Shown here: piece after piece, positions 29,955 through 39,841 of the stretch | Position numbering within the stretch: the stretch's first letter is position 1 | How the letters are laid out: every line of letters begins with the position of its first letter | Assembly (NCBI GenBank): GCA_016212165.1 | Contig: JACRGY010000106.1 | Coordinates: 851-64,850 of the forward strand | From: Nitrospirota bacterium | GTDB lineage: Bacteria; Nitrospirota; Thermodesulfovibrionia; Thermodesulfovibrionales; UBA1546 | Direction: 5' to 3' | DNA: 64,000 nucleotides | Notes under the pieces: model-generated | What the model was told of the DNA's origin: nothing | The model's database searches: none | Seen by the model: only the letters and a program-made list of their open reading frames with translations | Made by a program: the position numbers and the translations under genes

Positions 29955-31655
29955 ATGGACCTTACGGATAATGCACTCAAAATCCTTCAGGCAAGGTATC
30001 TCCTGAAAGATGAGAAGGGCAGGGTTATTGAGACGCCTGAGGCCATGTTCAGAAGGGTAGCCCATGCAGTAGCCTCTGCAGAAAGACTCTACGGAGAGGA
30101 CTCTTCCCTGTGGGCAGATGTGTTCTATGAGATAATGTCTGGCCTCAGGTTTTTGCCCAATTCCCCAACTCTGATGAATGCAGGAAAGGATATTGGACAA
30201 CTTGCCGCGTGTTTTGTGCTTCCTGTGGATGACTCAATGAAGTCTATATTCGACACCCTGAAAAATGCCGCCCTAATTCTCCAGAGCGGAGGCGGCACCG
30301 GCTTTTCTTTTTCAAAGTTGCGGCCAAAATCAGATATTGTCCGCTCAACAGGAGGTATTGCAAGCGGCCCGGTTTCTTTTATGAGGATATACAACACTGC
30401 AACAGATGTCATAAAACAGGGTGGGGCCAGGCGCGGGGCCAATATGGGCGTCCTTCGTGTTGACCATCCTGATATCCTTGATTTTATCCGCGTTAAGAGG
30501 ACGGAGGGGGAGTTAACAAATTTTAATATTTCAGTGGCCTTGACTGATGCGTTTATGGATTCTCTAAAAAATAGCGGTGAATATGGGCTTATCAATCCGA
30601 GGAGTAAAGCAGTTACCGGGAAGATAAGGGCGCAGGATGTTTTTGATGAAATAGTAAAAAGTGCGTGGGAGACAGGAGATCCGGGACTTATCTTTATTGA
30701 CAGAATAAACAGGGATAATCCAACCCCTCACATCGGCAATATGGAATCTACAAATCCGTGCGGTGAACAGCCTTTGCTTCCTTATGAGGCATGCATATTG
30801 GGCTCGGTAAACCTCTCTAAATATGTCATAAGCTCTGCGATAGATTATAAATCACTTGCAGAGGATATCAGTAAGTCAGTCAGGTTTCTGGATGATTCCA
30901 TAGATGTAAACAAATACCCGCTGCCCGATATAGAGGCAATGCATAAAGGCAACAGAAAAATCGGGCTCGGTGTTATGGGGTGGGCTGACATGCTGATACT
31001 CCTTGGCATCCCTTATAATCATAAAAAAGCTTTCAGCCTTGCAAGAGAGCTGATGAAGTTTATAAGGGATGCAACAAGAGAAGCGTCTTCTAATCTTGCA
31101 GAAAAAAGAGGAGCATTCCCAAACTTTAAAGGTTCTGTATATGACTCTCCAGGCAGGCCCCGCCTGAGAAATGCGACAACAACAACCATAGCTCCGACAG
31201 GGACACTGTCTATTATTGCTGATTGCTCAAGCGGCATAGAGCCAATCTTTGCACTCGCGTATAAGAGGCTTATACTGAATACCGAGCTTTTTGAGGCCAA
31301 TAGGCATTTTTTTGATATTGCTATGGAACAGGGTTTTTATTCAAGGGCATTAAGAGAATTAGTCATAAATAAGGGATGCCTCCGCGGCATTAACGAGGTT
31401 CCATACAGCATTAAAAAACTGTTCAAAACAGCGCATGAAATACTTCCGGAGGACCATATAGAGATGCAGGCATGTTTTCAGGAATTTACAGACAATGCAG
31501 TATCCAAGACCATAAATATGCCTCATAAGGCAAAAAAAGAGGATGTGGCAAAGGCATTTATACTTGCGTACGAGAAAGGATGTAAGGGCATAACTGTCTT
31601 CAGGTCAGGAACTAAAAAGACAGGGACTCTGGTGAGGTTCAGCGAGACGGATTGA
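29955..31655 (+). CDS. nrdJ: adenosylcobalamin-dependent (class II) ribonucleotide reductase
   Basis: 566 aa. Active-site TNPCGEQPL, FLPNSPTLMNAG, and a C-terminal Cys-poor tail typical of short NrdJ. Confidence 0.88.
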   Translation: MDLTDNALKILQARYLLKDEKGRVIETPEAMFRRVAHAVASAERLYGEDSSLWADVFYEIMSGLRFLPNSPTLMNAGKDIGQLAACFVLPVDDSMKSIFDTLKNAALILQSGGGTGFSFSKLRPKSDIVRSTGGIASGPVSFMRIYNTATDVIKQGGARRGANMGVLRVDHPDILDFIRVKRTEGELTNFNISVALTDAFMDSLKNSGEYGLINPRSKAVTGKIRAQDVFDEIVKSAWETGDPGLIFIDRINRDNPTPHIGNMESTNPCGEQPLLPYEACILGSVNLSKYVISSAIDYKSLAEDISKSVRFLDDSIDVNKYPLPDIEAMHKGNRKIGLGVMGWADMLILLGIPYNHKKAFSLARELMKFIRDATREASSNLAEKRGAFPNFKGSVYDSPGRPRLRNATTTTIAPTGTLSIIADCSSGIEPIFALAYKRLILNTELFEANRHFFDIAMEQGFYSRALRELVINKGCLRGINEVPYSIKKLFKTAHEILPEDHIEMQACFQEFTDNAVSKTINMPHKAKKEDVAKAFILAYEKGCKGITVFRSGTKKTGTLVRFSETD

Positions 31656-31694
31656 TTGGTGTGCGACAAATTTATTGGCATACCCCTTAAGAGT

Positions 31695-31772
31695 GTCATT
31701 CCCGCCTTTTTGTCACTCCTGCTTGTCAGGAGTCCTTCTGAAAAGAATGATTCTGGACAAGCCAGAATGACA
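31695..31772. repeat. REP-type hairpin cluster (GTCATTCCCGC / CCAGAATGAC family)
   Basis: GTCACTCCTGcttgtCAGGAGTCC and TTCTGGacaagCCAGAA hairpins. Same family as 35747-35814. Confidence 0.65.
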
Positions 31773-31823
31773 GGCTAATTGAGTATCGGTTATAATATAA
31801 AAATTATATTCAGGAGGATACAA

Positions 31824-32543
31824 ATGATTCTTGGCGTTAACGTTGACCATGTTGCAACCTTAAGAGAGGCAAGGAGAGGTATTGAACCCGATCCTGTAAT
31901 GGCTGCGACACTTGCAATTCTTGGAGGCGCCGATGGCATAACAATTCACCTCAGGGAAGACAGAAGGCACATACATGACAGGGACCTGAAGATATTAAGG
32001 GAGTTTGTGCCGGTTGAATTGAATCTTGAGATGGCAGCCACAAAAGAGATGATAGGCATTGCGTTAAGAATAAAACCTGATATGGTTACCCTGGTTCCTG
32101 AAAAGCGCGAAGAACTTACAACAGAGGGGGGGCTTGATGTAAAAAGGCAGAAAGTTAATCTTAAAAAGGCCGCCAGCAGGATTCAGGGCGCAGGCATACC
32201 TGTAAGTCTTTTTATTAATCCGTCAAATGATGATATTGCCGTATCCGGAGAGATAGGCGCCAGCATGGTAGAAATACACACAGGACTTTATGCAAATGCA
32301 AATGCTAAAAATCAGGAGAGGGAGCTTATCAAGGTTGTCAAGGCAGTAAGGGAGGCTTCAAGCCTGGGGCTTCAGTCTAATGCCGGCCATGGGCTTAATT
32401 ATCCCAATGTTAAAAAGATAGCAGAGATTGAAGGCCTGAGGGGTTTATACATAGGGCACAGCATTATATCAAGGGCTGTCCTTGTTGGGATAGAAAGGGC
32501 TGTAAGAGAAATGAAGGAGTTGATTAATAGCTGTAAGCTATAA
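31824..32543 (+). CDS. pdxJ: pyridoxine 5'-phosphate synthase
   Basis: [17 protein letters not shown] and [17 protein letters not shown]. The track start at 31779 lacks an RBS. Confidence 0.92.
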   Translation: MILGVNVDHVATLREARRGIEPDPVMAATLAILGGADGITIHLREDRRHIHDRDLKILREFVPVELNLEMAATKEMIGIALRIKPDMVTLVPEKREELTTEGGLDVKRQKVNLKKAASRIQGAGIPVSLFINPSNDDIAVSGEIGASMVEIHTGLYANANAKNQERELIKVVKAVREASSLGLQSNAGHGLNYPNVKKIAEIEGLRGLYIGHSIISRAVLVGIERAVREMKELINSCKL

Positions 32544-32563
32544 GCTGTCAGCTAAAAGCTTTT
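32529..32563. repeat. heptanucleotide tandem repeat (AGCTGTA AGCTATA AGCTGTC AGCTAAA AGCTTTT)
   Basis: Read directly from the sequence. Overlaps the last 5 codons and the stop of pdxJ. Confidence 0.85.
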
Positions 32564-32566
32564 TAT

Positions 32567-32938
32567 ATGATATACGGAGTCGGCATAGACCTTGTTAAGA
32601 TAGACCGCATGAAAGATGTTGTTGAGAAATGGGGCAGAAAATTTCTCGAGAGGGTTTTTACAGAGAATGAAATTTCATACTGCTATGAAAAAAAGAACCC
32701 GTATCTGTCTCTTGCAGTGCGCTTTGCAGCCAAGGAAGCCCTGATAAAGGCGATAGGCTCTGAGATTGCTGTCTCTCTGACTGATATTGAAGTCATTAAC
32801 TCCCTTAGCGGAAAGCCTGCTATAAAGGCCAATGGCAAATTAGGCATTTTTTTGAAGAAGAGAAAGATAAAACAGGTTGCTCTCAGCTTGAGCCATGAAA
32901 AAGACTACGGGATTGCCTGTGTAGTGCTGGAAAATTAA
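32567..32938 (+). CDS. acpS: holo-[acyl-carrier-protein] synthase
   Basis: 123 aa. GVGIDLV and FAAKEA motifs. pdxJ-acpS synteny. Confidence 0.9.
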   Translation: MIYGVGIDLVKIDRMKDVVEKWGRKFLERVFTENEISYCYEKKNPYLSLAVRFAAKEALIKAIGSEIAVSLTDIEVINSLSGKPAIKANGKLGIFLKKRKIKQVALSLSHEKDYGIACVVLEN

Positions 32939-32969
32939 GGTCCGACTAATCTACCTGACTTTTATGTAA

Positions 32970-33482
32970 TTAAACTGCCGGTACAACTATTCCGAGCTTA
33001 ATGGCCGTGCATATGGCAGCCGACCTGTTTGATACGTCAAATTTCCTGTAAATATTATCAAGGTGTGCGTTAACAGTGCCTGCCCCTATCTTGAGGCTTA
33101 ATGCTATTTTTTTGTTGGAGAACCCTTTTACAAGGTACTTTAGAACCTTTTTTTCCATTATTGTTAATATTGAGATTTCTTTGCTTTGCTTATCTCTTAA
33201 GATTACGAGCACATCTGCTTCATGCGGGTTGTGAGGCAGTTGAACCATAAGTGTGTTAAGGCCGCAAAACGATGCTTCTATTAGGTGTCTTACTCCAATC
33301 TTCAACCAACCTAACATCTCATCCGTATTTATCCTTTTTTCTGTGAGTTTCTTATTTGCCTTTTCGCTGACCCAAACATCTCCATTGTGTGATATGAGTA
33401 TCAGAGGTTCTTTTTCGATAATGCTCTCGAGGTTTTTGATGCATTTTTTGATTCTGGCAGCTTTATGATTATTATTGGCCAT
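32970..33482 (-). CDS. LuxR/GerE-family transcriptional regulator with an unassigned N-terminal domain
   Basis: C-terminal LT.MEKKVLKYLVKGFSNKKIALSLKIGAGTVNAHLDNIYRKFDV HTH. The ATG at 33482 is preferred over the TTG at 33518. Confidence 0.8.
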   Translation of the reverse strand: MANNNHKAARIKKCIKNLESIIEKEPLILISHNGDVWVSEKANKKLTEKRINTDEMLGWLKIGVRHLIEASFCGLNTLMVQLPHNPHEADVLVILRDKQSKEISILTIMEKKVLKYLVKGFSNKKIALSLKIGAGTVNAHLDNIYRKFDVSNRSAAICTAIKLGIVVPAV

Positions 33483-33565
33483 TTTTCTAAATATAATACC
33501 TAAAATTACAATTATCAAGTAAATGCTATGGTTAAGCCTATTCTTTTCCGGTTACTTTTGTCTTC

Positions 33566-33606
33566 TCCCAAATGGGATACCCCGTTTATATATCCCAAAT
33601 AGGGAT
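33566..33606. promoter_or_regulatory. two palindromic operator candidates (TCCCAAATGGGA; ATCCCAAATAGGGAT)
   Basis: Sites at 33566-33577 and 33592-33606, in the divergent luxR / Cys-rich-gene intergenic region. The second abuts the -35 hexamer. Confidence 0.5.
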
Positions 33607-33634
33607 TGACATAGCCTAAAGATACAATTATCAT
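33606..33634 (+). promoter_or_regulatory. candidate sigma70 promoter (TTGACA-17-TATCAT)
   Basis: TTGACA at 33606-33611, 17-nt spacer, TATCAT at 33629-33634. Lies 34 nt upstream of the ATG at 33668. Confidence 0.5.
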
Positions 33635-33667
33635 ATCATCTAATTTTATAGGTACGGGCAAATCTTA

Positions 33668-33988
33668 ATGAAAAAAAATTGCTGGGAATTCAAGAACTGC
33701 GGGAGGCACGATGGCGGCGAACATGTTCATGACCGTGGAATATGTCCTGCCACAACAGAAAGAAGCCTTAATGGCATTCATGGAGGCACTAATGCGGGAA
33801 GGGCATGCTGGGTTGTAGCAGGAACATTCTGTAAGGGAGAAGTTCAGGGGACTTTTGCGCAGAAATATAAAAATTGCAAACAATGCGATTTTTATCAGGA
33901 GGTAAGGAAAGAGGAGGGCGCAAAATTCACATTGTCGTCTGTCCTTTTGTTTAATCTTTTAACGAAGCTTAAAACTTTTAAATTATGA
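33668..33988 (+). CDS. free-standing 7-Cys module protein ('two-CW'-like), copy A
   Basis: 106 aa. NCWEFKNCG...ICP...GRACWVVAGTFCKGEVQGTFAQKYKNCKQCDFY. ATGA overlap with the downstream receiver gene. Confidence 0.85.
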   Translation: MKKNCWEFKNCGRHDGGEHVHDRGICPATTERSLNGIHGGTNAGRACWVVAGTFCKGEVQGTFAQKYKNCKQCDFYQEVRKEEGAKFTLSSVLLFNLLTKLKTFKL

Positions 33989-34356
33989 AAAAAATACTTA
34001 TTGTTGATGATGACGATACCATAAGAGAAGTGCTTTCTTATGCAGTGACGCAATTCGGCCATAAGGCATATAAGGCCAGTAACGGCGCTGAGGCAATAGA
34101 TATTCTAAAGGCAAACCCGGAAATCGAGATAGTTGTCCTTGACTTAAAAATGCCTGTAATGACCGGCCAGGAAATATGTCCCCTGATTAAGAACATGCGG
34201 CCCGATGTAGAGATAATCATATCAAGCGGCTTTGTAGACGAACCTGTGCTAAGAGAACTCACTGACAATGGCATTAAATATATTCTTCGAAAGCCTTATC
34301 CCTTGCCGGTTCTCGAAGAAATAATAAATAACCATTCCAGCCGTCAAGGGATGTAG
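33985..34356 (+). CDS. single-domain response regulator (CheY-like receiver)
   Basis: 123 aa. DDDD acidic pocket, VVLDLKMP phospho-acceptor Asp, conserved SS/K. Confidence 0.88.
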   Translation: MKKILIVDDDDTIREVLSYAVTQFGHKAYKASNGAEAIDILKANPEIEIVVLDLKMPVMTGQEICPLIKNMRPDVEIIISSGFVDEPVLRELTDNGIKYILRKPYPLPVLEEIINNHSSRQGM

Positions 34357-34378
34357 CGGTGATATGGCTAAGCCCTTC

Positions 34379-35023
34379 TTATATTAAAAAGCTCCCTTCA
34401 CGCATAAGCAATATGTTTCCGCCCAGCCTTTCTGCCTGAGAGACATCATGCGTGGCCATTATGATAGCTGTGCCCTTTTGTTTGTTTATCTTCAGTATTA
34501 TTTCTTCGACAATCCCGGTATTCTTCTCGTCAATAGATGCGGTTGGTTCATCAAGAAAGATAATCTCAGGCTCTATCACCAAGGCCCTTGCAATGCCAAG
34601 TCTCTGTGCCTCGCCGCTCGACAGGGTGAGGGCATTGTGTCTTTTTTTGTCTGTGAGGCCGACAAATTCGAGTATCTTTTCTACCTTTTCTTCGATATCT
34701 TTTTTTCTCATTCCTCTTATTTTCAGGCCATAGGCCGCATTCTTAAAAACAGTTGCATTGAAAACGCCGACCTTTGGCAATACGAGAGTTATCTTCCGGC
34801 GTAGTTCCACGCCTTTTTTCAAGGCATTGTTATCTGAAAAGTAATTGATTCCTCCTGCATCAGGTTCTTCAAGAAGCGCACACAGCCTGAGAAATGTTGA
34901 CTTTCCACAGCCATTTGGTCCCATCAGGGTATAGATTTTGCGAGGCTCAAAGGAATATGAACAATTTTTTACCGCGGTGTTTCCGTTATAGGTTTTCCAG
35001 AGGTTTAATGCGCTTAATTTCAT
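34379..35023 (-). CDS. tupC: ABC transporter ATP-binding protein (TupC-like, no TOBE domain)
   Basis: 214 aa. GPNGCGKST Walker A, LSSGEAQR signature, IFLDEP Walker B. Confidence 0.75.
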   Translation of the reverse strand: MKLSALNLWKTYNGNTAVKNCSYSFEPRKIYTLMGPNGCGKSTFLRLCALLEEPDAGGINYFSDNNALKKGVELRRKITLVLPKVGVFNATVFKNAAYGLKIRGMRKKDIEEKVEKILEFVGLTDKKRHNALTLSSGEAQRLGIARALVIEPEIIFLDEPTASIDEKNTGIVEEIILKINKQKGTAIIMATHDVSQAERLGGNILLMREGSFLI

Positions 35024-35025
35024 CT

Positions 35026-35751
35026 CTATCTGCCTGCTTGAATAACGCCCTTCTTCTGAATTAAATGAAGGACTAAATTTATAGCCAGAGAAATAAACAA
35101 AAGTATTATTCCGAGGGCAAGGGCAAGTTCAAAATTTCCCTTGTCTGTTTCGAGGGCAATCGTTGTTGTCATAACCCGTGTGTAGCCAGCAATATTTCCT
35201 CCCACAATGAGTATTGCACCCACTTCTGCCATTACTCTTCCGAGTGCCGCAATTATTCCTGACATAATTCCGTACCGGGCCTCCCTGATTATTGTCAAAG
35301 AAACCTGAAAAGGTGTTGCTCCAAGCGTCATGGAAGCCTGTTTTACGATAGGGTCAACACTCACAATAGCTGAATTGGAAAGTGAGGCAACAATAGGCAA
35401 TGCAAGGATTGTCTGGGCTATCACCATTGCTGATGGTGTATAAAGCAGACCCATGAATCCGAGGGGGCCGCTGCGTGATAATAAAAGATACACAAACAGC
35501 CCGACAACTACCGGCGGGAGTCCCATGAGTGTATTCAGTATGCTGACAATCGCTCCCTTCAGTGGAAATTTCCTGAACCCCAGAAAAGCTCCGAGTGACA
35601 GTCCGAGAATGGTTGCCGCTGTAAGGGCTAGCCCTGAGACCTTAACGGACAGGAATATAATACCGATCAATTCCCTATCCATGGCAAGTATCAGAGCAAA
35701 TGCCTTTTTAAAACCTTCGATTATCGGATCCATAGTTCCAAGATTCGTCAT
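35026..35751 (-). CDS. tupB: ABC transporter permease (TupB-like)
   Basis: 241 aa, ~6 TM, with an EAA-like loop (REARYGIMSGIIAALGRVMAEVGA). Confidence 0.75.
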   Translation of the reverse strand: MTNLGTMDPIIEGFKKAFALILAMDRELIGIIFLSVKVSGLALTAATILGLSLGAFLGFRKFPLKGAIVSILNTLMGLPPVVVGLFVYLLLSRSGPLGFMGLLYTPSAMVIAQTILALPIVASLSNSAIVSVDPIVKQASMTLGATPFQVSLTIIREARYGIMSGIIAALGRVMAEVGAILIVGGNIAGYTRVMTTTIALETDKGNFELALALGIILLFISLAINLVLHLIQKKGVIQAGR

Positions 35752-35814
35752 TCCGCACCTGATGCGGAATCCAGATTTTTATTTTTTCTGGATTCCCGCC
35801 TTCGCGGGAATGAC
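35747..35814. repeat. REP-type double hairpin (GTCATTCCGC...GCGGGAATGAC)
   Basis: ATTCCGCAcctgaTGCGGAAT and ATTCCCGCcttcGCGGGAAT arranged as a larger palindrome. It translates to the WIPAFAGMT / LDSRFRGND pseudo-peptides common in such genomes. Confidence 0.75.
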
Positions 35815-35831
35815 AAGAAGTGATGGTGTAT

Positions 35832-36674
35832 CTATTTAGCATTTGGAATAAAAAGTTGATTGCCGTTTTTATCTTTAAACGAAGCAATCGCCTGCTGGCC
35901 TTCTTTTGATATAAGCCAGCTGATGAATTCCATCGCCTCTTTGTATTTGATAAACGGTGCTTTTTCCGCCCCGGCGGATTCGCTGAGGCGAACGGGATTA
36001 ACTGCCATCACTCCGTACTGGTTGAACAGGGCCGTATCTCCCTCAAGAACAATCACCATTTCAAGCTTGTCCTTTGTTGCCAGCCATGTTCCCCTGTCTG
36101 TAAGGGTATATGCGCGCTTTTCATTGGCAATCCTCTGTGTCTTTTCCATGCCCTGGCCGACCTCAAGATACCATTTCTGTCCCTTCGGCTCTATGCCGAC
36201 TTTTTTCCAGATGGACAGTTCTTTTGTGTTAGTTCCTGAGTTGTCGCCCCGCGAGACGAACTGCGATGATTCGGCAATTTTCTTAAAAGCCTCGGTTGTT
36301 GATTTTATGCCCTTTATTTTTGCTGGGTCATTGTTAGGACCTATGATGACGAAATCATTATACATAACATCATGGCGATTTATAAAAAAACCTTCTTCTA
36401 CGGCCTTCATCTCCTGCTCCTTCGCATGGACAAAGGCCACGTCAGCGTCGCCCCTTTTACCCATCTCAATGGCGGCTCCTGTACCGCGTGCAACGACCTT
36501 CACCTTTATCCCTGTCTTTTTCTCGAATATGGGCAGAATGTAGCTGAACAGACCTGAGTTTTCCGTGCTTGTTGTAGATGCGCAAATAATCTCTGTCTCT
36601 GCATAACCACCACTTGAAAAAACAATAATCGAAAAAATTGCCAGCAACACGAGATAATTTACTTTAATGACCAT
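35832..36674 (-). CDS. tupA: periplasmic tungstate/molybdate-binding protein (TupA-like)
   Basis: 280 aa. Signal peptide. TTSTENSGL, SRGDNSGT and DRGTW motifs as in TupA. Confidence 0.7.
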   Translation of the reverse strand: MVIKVNYLVLLAIFSIIVFSSGGYAETEIICASTTSTENSGLFSYILPIFEKKTGIKVKVVARGTGAAIEMGKRGDADVAFVHAKEQEMKAVEEGFFINRHDVMYNDFVIIGPNNDPAKIKGIKSTTEAFKKIAESSQFVSRGDNSGTNTKELSIWKKVGIEPKGQKWYLEVGQGMEKTQRIANEKRAYTLTDRGTWLATKDKLEMVIVLEGDTALFNQYGVMAVNPVRLSESAGAEKAPFIKYKEAMEFISWLISKEGQQAIASFKDKNGNQLFIPNAK

Positions 36675-36684
36675 TTTCCCTCCG

Positions 36685-37098
36685 TTATTTAAGTAAAGTT
36701 AATGCCTTTTTCTCATGCTTGAGGAAGTTCTGAAAGTCAGCATAAAATTTCCAAAATAACTTAACAGCCTTCTCGCCATCTTCGCTCAGCCTTGCACCGC
36801 CGCCGCCCTTGCCGCCGGTAGATGATTCAACTAGCGGCCTTCTCGCCTGGCTGTTCATAGAGTCAACGAGTTCCCATGCATGCCTGTAGGACATCCCCAT
36901 TGATTTGGCGGCTTTCGTGATAGAGCCGAACTCGCATATCTTTTCGAGGAGTACTATCCGGCCGTATCCAAGAAAAGTGCCCTCTTTGCCGTCTATCCAT
37001 ATGCGCCCCCTGAGCTCCTGCGGAGATTTTGCTCTCTTTTTTACATGAGTTTTTTTATGCATAAGCGTAGTATACTGAAGGGAATAACGAATAATCAA
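36685..37098 (-). CDS. ModE N-terminal-domain-only winged-helix regulator
   Basis: GSITKAAKSMGMSYRHAWELVDSMN...GGKGGGGARLSEDG is the ModE/LysR-type HTH pattern. No Mop/TOBE domains. The start may be the internal M at 37062. Confidence 0.75.
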   Translation of the reverse strand: MIIRYSLQYTTLMHKKTHVKKRAKSPQELRGRIWIDGKEGTFLGYGRIVLLEKICEFGSITKAAKSMGMSYRHAWELVDSMNSQARRPLVESSTGGKGGGGARLSEDGEKAVKLFWKFYADFQNFLKHEKKALTLLK

Positions 37099-37136
37099 GA
37101 AAAATTATTCCGGAAAGTTAACTTTTTCTGGTCGGA

Positions 37137-38108
37137 TTAAAAATACTGAACGATATACCTTACAGCCAGTGAGGCTATAATTATCCCGAGCATTAATTTG
37201 ATAAACTTCTGAGGGACAAACTTTTGAAACCTTGCACCCAGATACATGCCGACAAATCCGCCAATACCGAATAAAAAACCAAGAAGCCAGTCAGGGGAGG
37301 TTACAAGTCCATTTTTAGCAGGCATAATACTATAAAATGTAACCCCGGCAATAGATGTTAAGAATGTCCCCATCAAAGCAGCGCCTGCAACTGTATATAC
37401 AGGAAGATGAAATACCGCCACACAGAACGGAGCGATGATTGCCCCGCCTCCGATTCCATAAGTCCCGCCTATAATCCCTACAACAAATGCCAGGATAAAC
37501 ATGCCGATTGTGCTAAAAGAGAATCGCTCTCCCCAGAACTCATATTCCACTTTTGAAAGATTGACCGAGATTGTTCTAATAACTGCCTCTTTCGGCAGTC
37601 CTGAAGCAATTCTGGCATTTTGCTGTTTTTTAAGGTCTGCTGCCCTTTGCTTGAATTTTTCTTCAAGCGCCTTCATCTTGACTTTGCCTGCTCCAGCCTT
37701 GCCCGTCATCTCATAAAAAAGACGGCTTCCTATGTAAAGCAGAACACAGCCGACAAAGAGCTTGAATGTCTTCGGGTCCGGCAGATAAATGACCCTCAGG
37801 TAATATCCGATAAATACTCCGGGCAAAGTGCCTACAATTACCACCCAGGTGAGGGGCCATGCCATCCTGCCTTCCTTTATGTAGCGGTAAACACCGCTCG
37901 GGATTGCAACTATATTAAAAACAAAATTTGTGGCGCTTACAGAAGGGCTTGTATATCCGAGAACGCTCATCTGAAAGGGCAATAAAAGAAATGCTCCTGA
38001 AACTCCACCCATAGATGTAAAGAAAGATACCACCAAAGCAACAAGTGGCGGAATGAATATATATGTCTTGACCCCGGAGACAGGGAATATCATATATAAT
38101 AAATCCAT
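37137..38108 (-). CDS. TSUP-family (TauE/SafE) membrane transporter with a central charged insert
   Basis: 323 aa. Two 4-TM halves separated by the [27 protein letters not shown] loop. First gene of the tup operon. Confidence 0.8.
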   Translation of the reverse strand: MDLLYMIFPVSGVKTYIFIPPLVALVVSFFTSMGGVSGAFLLLPFQMSVLGYTSPSVSATNFVFNIVAIPSGVYRYIKEGRMAWPLTWVVIVGTLPGVFIGYYLRVIYLPDPKTFKLFVGCVLLYIGSRLFYEMTGKAGAGKVKMKALEEKFKQRAADLKKQQNARIASGLPKEAVIRTISVNLSKVEYEFWGERFSFSTIGMFILAFVVGIIGGTYGIGGGAIIAPFCVAVFHLPVYTVAGAALMGTFLTSIAGVTFYSIMPAKNGLVTSPDWLLGFLFGIGGFVGMYLGARFQKFVPQKFIKLMLGIIIASLAVRYIVQYF

Positions 38109-38165
38109 GCGATATTATATGACAAGAGCTTTACAAATGAAAGCCCTTCAACTTATTATTTATTA

Positions 38166-39836
38166 ATGAAGATTCTGAGGCTTGCTCTTGCGCAGATTAA
38201 TCCTACGGTTGGAGATATTGAGGGGAATGTCCTTAAAATCTGTGACTTCATATCAAAAGCAAAGAAACAAAATGCCGGAATAGTTGTATTTCCGGAGCTT
38301 GCCGTGACAGGTTATCCGCCTGAAGACCTTCTGCTGAAGCCGCAGTTTATAAGTGACAATCTTGATGCACTTAAAAAGGTCCAGCGGGAAACAGAAGGTA
38401 TTACCGCAGTTGTTGGTTTTGTTGACCCTGTTAGAAAGCTTAAATCGGATTTTCTTTCTATCGGGGTTGATAAAAAAGACGGCATCTATAATGCTGCGGC
38501 AATATTTCACGACAAGAAACTTGTTGATATTTACCATAAGGTGCATCTTCCAAATTACGGGGTTTTTGATGAATACAGATACTTCAGGGCAGGGACCAAA
38601 TCCCCTGTTTTCACAATTAACGGTATAAGCATGGGAGTCAATATATGCGAGGATATCTGGCATGAGGGGCCGGTTAAATCACAGGCTCAGGCCGGAGTTG
38701 AGATTATTATGAATATTAATGCCTCGCCATATCACATGGGAAAGCTTCATGAGAGAGAGGAGATGCTTTCCAAGAGGGCATCTGACAACAAGGTTTTGGT
38801 CGTGTATCTTAATACTGTCGGCGGCCAGGATGAGCTTGTTTTTGACGGAGGAAGCCTTATTATAGACAGAGCAGGCGAAATTATTGTCAGGGGCAGGCAG
38901 TTTGAAGAAGAGATTATCATTGCAGACGTTCGGATTGACGGCCCATCCCGGCCAGGTAAGAGATATCTTGCGCCAGCGGCCAGTTCATTAGGGGAGGAGG
39001 TTTATAAGGCGCTTGTTTTAGGAACCAGGGACTATGTCAATAAAAATGATTTCAGCAAGGTTGTTATAGGATTAAGCGGAGGGGTTGATTCTTCACTGGT
39101 AGCTGCAATTGCAGTTGATGCAATAGGCAAGAAAAATGTAAAGGGCGTGTTTATGCCGTCTCCATTTACGTCAAAAGAAAGCAGGGAAGATTCCTCTGCG
39201 CTGGCTAAAAATCTTGGGATCAAGATAATTGACGTTCCGATTAATGAAATATTTGAAAGCTATCGTAAGAATTTAAAGAGAGAATTTAAGGGATTCCATG
39301 AAGATATAACTGAAGAGAACCTTCAGGCACGAATCAGGGGCAATATCCTTATGTCATTTTCTAATAAATTCGGATGGCTTGTTTTGACAACAGGGAATAA
39401 ATCCGAGATGAGCGTCGGATATGCTACTCTTTATGGGGACATGGCAGGAGGATTCGCTGTTATAAAGGACGTGCCCAAGACACTTGTATATGAACTCTGC
39501 AAATGGAAGAATTCAAAAGAGGGCAGGGCAGTGATACCGGAAAGGGTATTATGGAAAGAACCTTCGGCAGAGCTTAAACCTGACCAGAAAGACACTGATA
39601 CTCTGCCTCCTTATCCTGTGCTTGACCCGATACTGAAGGCTTACATAGAAGATGACAAGAGCTTTGAAGATATATTGTCTTCAGGCTGTGAAAAAGAATG
39701 CGTGCAGAAGGTTATAAAAATGATTGATAAGAGCGAATATAAGAGAAGACAATCTCCGCCCGGCATAAAGATAACACCAAGGGCCTTTGGTAAAGACAGG
39801 AGATTCCCGATAACAAATAAATACAGGAGTTATTGA
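38166..39836 (+). CDS. nadE: glutamine-dependent NAD+ synthetase
   Basis: 556 aa. N-terminal CN-hydrolase domain plus the PP-loop GLSGGVDSS. Confidence 0.92.
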   Translation: MKILRLALAQINPTVGDIEGNVLKICDFISKAKKQNAGIVVFPELAVTGYPPEDLLLKPQFISDNLDALKKVQRETEGITAVVGFVDPVRKLKSDFLSIGVDKKDGIYNAAAIFHDKKLVDIYHKVHLPNYGVFDEYRYFRAGTKSPVFTINGISMGVNICEDIWHEGPVKSQAQAGVEIIMNINASPYHMGKLHEREEMLSKRASDNKVLVVYLNTVGGQDELVFDGGSLIIDRAGEIIVRGRQFEEEIIIADVRIDGPSRPGKRYLAPAASSLGEEVYKALVLGTRDYVNKNDFSKVVIGLSGGVDSSLVAAIAVDAIGKKNVKGVFMPSPFTSKESREDSSALAKNLGIKIIDVPINEIFESYRKNLKREFKGFHEDITEENLQARIRGNILMSFSNKFGWLVLTTGNKSEMSVGYATLYGDMAGGFAVIKDVPKTLVYELCKWKNSKEGRAVIPERVLWKEPSAELKPDQKDTDTLPPYPVLDPILKAYIEDDKSFEDILSSGCEKECVQKVIKMIDKSEYKRRQSPPGIKITPRAFGKDRRFPITNKYRSY

Positions 39837-39841
39837 GGTTT

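Noticed and set aside
35860-36543. 227-aa plus-strand ORF.
   Set aside because: It is antisense to the TupA-like gene, which carries diagnostic motifs.
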